This document shows, one piece after another, positions 59,142 through 62,940 of a DNA stretch of 62,940 nt. This DNA is from Ginglymostoma cirratum (lineage: Eukaryota), in the NCBI GenBank assembly GCA_024137785.1, contig JAHRHZ010000021.1:42520305-42583244 (forward strand), given 5' to 3'. The notes beneath the pieces were generated by a model. It was not told the DNA's origin and did not search any database. It saw nothing but the letters and a program-made list of their open reading frames with translations. Numbering within the stretch: the stretch's first letter is position 1; each line of letters starts with the position of its first letter. A program made the position numbers and the translations under genes.

Positions 59142-62100
59142 CATCTATGCATCTATTGGGATTAGGTTGTCTAATTGATGTGCCAATGTTCCAAATGGAT
59201 CAGTCTGCAGAGAATCTTTTGTGTGATGGATTCATCCAGAGCTCAACTGATACCTTTTCATGATGAATCTCTGAAAGGAACAAATACGCTTTGCAGTACA
59301 ACACAAGCAATGTTAGAGTTTATTATATTCAATAAGTCTTATGAACCCTTCTCCAAATTTTCACATTTTAAAAAATGTTTCTTGTAATTACCTCGAATTT
59401 TCAACAACATAAATCTAATACATTCTCTGCTTCTAATATTTGATGCTGATTTTTTTTTTTGTTGGTCAGATTGTGCAGTTCAAGGTTAACCTCATTCATG
59501 AAGACATCATTTTTGAAATACATAAGCTCTTACCTGTGATAATTTGCTCTGTATCTTTGACAACATCTACAGTGATCATATTTTTTGTACTTTGCCTTCT
59601 ATATTTTCTACTATAGTCACTTCAAAATGCACTGAAAACATTAAAAGAAATAGATAAGATTGTGTTGATTTATTCCTTCAAAAGAAACTTAGCTGGCTGG
59701 AGATTAGATTGAGAATTATAGAAATAAGTGTGGAGATGTATAACGAAGAGCTTCATGGTGCATGCTCTGCCGTCAGTCAGAGCAGGTCACTCATACAAAT
59801 GAAGTAGATCATATTCAGTGAAGTTGAATAGTAGATATTCAGAAGTGATTGCTGATTTTACTTAAAGCCTTCGATCATTAGGGAAAAATGTTCTTCAGGA
59901 AATTAATTAAATGTAGTGAAACCATGATGTTCGCTATCTGAGTAGGACTGGGTGTGATGGGGCAAAAAAACTGACCCAGTGCCAAAAAACAAAAAAAAAA
60001 ACTTTACATATGTGTTCACCTTTTTGTCAAGTTCTTTAATAAATATTTTATCTATTTAAGATTCTGCCACTGACCTACTCTTGTACTGCCTTTTATCCTG
60101 GCTCAGTATTCTTACCTTGGCTCAGGATCGGGGATTGAATTAAGTGGGAACCCAATAACCCTCCCATCTGTGGTACTTCCTTCAAGCCCTCAAACCTGCT
60201 CTGTCAAAGTGACCTCCTTCACTACCCACAATCCTCCTGATCTCCACACCCTCCTGCTCCAAGTTTAATGAATACATTGAAGTTTCCAGTTGGAGAGAAT
60301 TTTCCATTAGAAAATTCAATTTCATCGAAAAATTCCCACAGAGTCAGCTGTATCATGGCTTCCACAAGGTCTAAACTTGCAACTCCAATGTACCCTGCAC
60401 CAACAGCTCTACATCCATCAGAATATCAGGGCCATTCTTTGTGAACAGTGGTTGCCATTATTATGCACATTGTCCGTGAACTAGTAGTAAGGGAGAGATA
60501 AATTGTAAATCACCGCAAGTGGCTGAATGATTTGTGATGCTGCATCATCAGCATCGCAAAACAGATTCTTGCTCTCAAAACCCTGTGAGTTTCATGGAGT
60601 CTCTGCAATTGCACATGAATTCTCCATTAAACTTAAACTCTCCATAATTAGTCCAGTTGTTGTTTGAATAAGTGACCTTTCATGAGCATGTTAATTGCTG
60701 GCAGTTTCCAATTGGCTTTTGTTCCTTTGGAAATAAATTATAAATATGGACTGTTTTGAATTATTTCAGTCATTTTAAAGATGTAATTTTCTTCTGTACC
60801 ATTTTTCCCTCCCTCAAGTCAATTTTCTTTTCCCTCCCTTTATTTGTCACTCTGCTCCTGACTGGTTAAGGAAGCGCACATTATGCTGCATGTACTGTTT
60901 CAAAATCATGTCACACACCCAGCAACTTAGCTTTTCTTAAAATGAAAACCTTAATGTGTAGTTATACGTATTACCGCTCTAACAGAAATCTGATCCATTT
61001 TTAAGCTGGTATTTGCAAAAGCAAGCTTACACGTTTTACCATGTGACATATTCTTAGTTTCACTGTCATACAACAGGATCATTAAAATCCACATATCTTT
61101 CAGCAGTTATCAAATTTGTTGTCTGAACTAAATTGCAATTGAAGACAGACATCAGTCGGTTTTCCAACATCCCACAATGTCTGTTTGGGGTTATACAGAG
61201 TGGAGATTTCATAGTTAAGTTACATCATCACACTAAGTTACAAAGCAAATTATTTTTCTTTGTTTTGACTATGTATTCATATCTGTAGTTACAGGGATGA
61301 ATGTCGTACCATTTCAGATGTAATTTTCAAAAGTATATGGGTTTTTATATGTTGCTCTTTTGATTTACTGGCTCCAATTTTTTAATGTAACGGAGGTCTG
61401 GGTATTAGCTATTGAGAGGAGGAGAAAGAATAACTAAAGTTCACAAGTTGGATGATTCTCAATATGCATTTCTGTTAAACTGGTCCCACCAGTAACGTTG
61501 TCATTTTGAATTAGATTAGAAGTGATTCATACAAAAACCTTTAGCAAACAACATTATCAATCATTTTTATTTCTTCAACTTTATGATCATTTAGAGGGTT
61601 AGCTAGTTTTGATTGTATTGTTTGATGCTTTTCAGATCTTTATATTGCTGTGTTACAGATTTTGAATACTTTGGTATTTTGTGGCAATATACTGTTACCT
61701 AAGTGCCTCTATGTGAACTGTGCAACCTCCTAGAATCTTTAGTGTCTGCATACTTTGTCTCATTAGTACCACAGTCAAGGGCTAGAGTGGGCAGGGCAGC
61801 TACACATGGCCAGTTTTATTTCAGAATTCACTAGCTAACATTTGGTTCCAGGCTAAATTCAATTGAACTGCTTGGGAAGCTACAGTCTGCACCTCCCAAC
61901 AGGACTGGAAGGGATAAAATAATTGCATCAAGAGGTAACTACTGCAACAAATTGAGCACCATCCCAAATATATACTGAACAGTTCTTTCATTTCACTCTC
62001 AAAGACAGAGGCTCGGTAATTCCTTTAATCTCCTAGACCTTTGCCTCATTCCAGTATCACCTCTTGCACAATTAGAGTCCAATTACATGTGGATAAATCA

Positions 62101-62940
62101 ACATTTTTTAAATCCCACTTCGCATTGAAGTACATTTATTTAAGGATTATTAATTACACTGACAAATTGCAGCCTATAATGAATGGCATCTGGTTAGACT
62201 ATTAAAGATAATTACTGAATTACTTTCACTATTAGATGCCGAAACAGATATTGACAGTTTTATGCGAAAGTGGAGAATTCTCTTCATAAGCCAGGCATTT
62301 TATCTCCATGACATTTCCAAACAGTGCTTAAATACATTATTGCAGCCTATCCTACTCAATGGGGATTTATGGCGAAAAAATTGCTTAATTGGCATAAGTC
62401 ATACAGGTTCAAAAGAGTAACTATGTACAAGGAGAACCTTGCTTTATAGAGATAACTGCTGTTCTGCTGGCTAATTAACTGAGCAATTTACAATCATCCT
62501 CATCCGAATCAGTTATTTGCATCAGTTGTCAGCAGATGGCATCCTAAACAGCAGTTGTAACTCTGGGACTGGGGTTTGGTTATCCTTGTTCATTGCAACT
62601 TGCTGAAGTTGCAGCTCATTTAATTTACATTTTGGAAAACTCCCGCTCATCAGCCACACAATGTTGCTTACCCTTGCCCCCTTCACAAGTGCTATCACAC
62701 TTGCAGTCACAGTCACTCATCTGAATATCTCTATGCACTTATCCCACATGCTAAACCGAGCTGGCTGCTTCCTTTCATTACAGCCACTAGGACCTAATGA
62801 TTCTGTTTCTTCCGTATCACAAGCTGTTAGAGCGCCTATCCCCACACATGAAGTGTACCCACATGCATGTTGGCTGCCCTTTGCAACAAGCTATACAAAG
62901 TGAGACCAGATGTTGAGTCAATTAATAAACAGATAACAAG

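Noticed and set aside
55988-62940. Search for the next (juxtamembrane/transmembrane) exon
   Set aside because: I saw no phase-1 exon encoding an ASNSSHESR-like sequence or a hydrophobic helix. It presumably lies beyond the window.

Overview
This is vertebrate genomic DNA, very likely from a cartilaginous fish (shark-type V-SINE, CR1 and Penelope repeats). The window lies inside one + strand gene, PTPRZ1 (receptor tyrosine phosphatase zeta / phosphacan). I read ten coding exons with GT-AG boundaries and compatible phases, equivalent to mammalian exons 3-12: the inactive carbonic-anhydrase-like domain, the FN3 domain, a 47-nt linker exon and a 2.6-kb Ser/Thr-rich proteoglycan exon. Exons 1-2 and the transmembrane/phosphatase exons are not in the window. 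The introns hold CR1, L2, RTE and Rex1 LINE fragments, two tRNA-derived SINE families, a probable Harbinger relic and many Penelope-like (PLE) insertions. Four observations stand out. (1) PLE-derived short elements carry minimal hammerhead ribozyme cores, often as fold-back palindromes with 10-16 bp target-site duplications. Their 5' ends cluster at the ribozyme, and two arms begin at the predicted GUC cleavage site. (2) A cryptic array of about 30 x 13-aa repeats starts at the beginning of the alternatively spliced part of exon 12. (3) The internal donor and read-through stop that give the short receptor and secreted phosphacan isoforms are present. (4) A partial duplicate of exon 11 with its own splice sites lies 2.16 kb upstream. 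Almost all other ORFs in the track are repeat debris or chance ORFs. Exon numbers and comparisons to mammalian PTPRZ1 are from memory and were not computed. Repeat boundaries are approximate.
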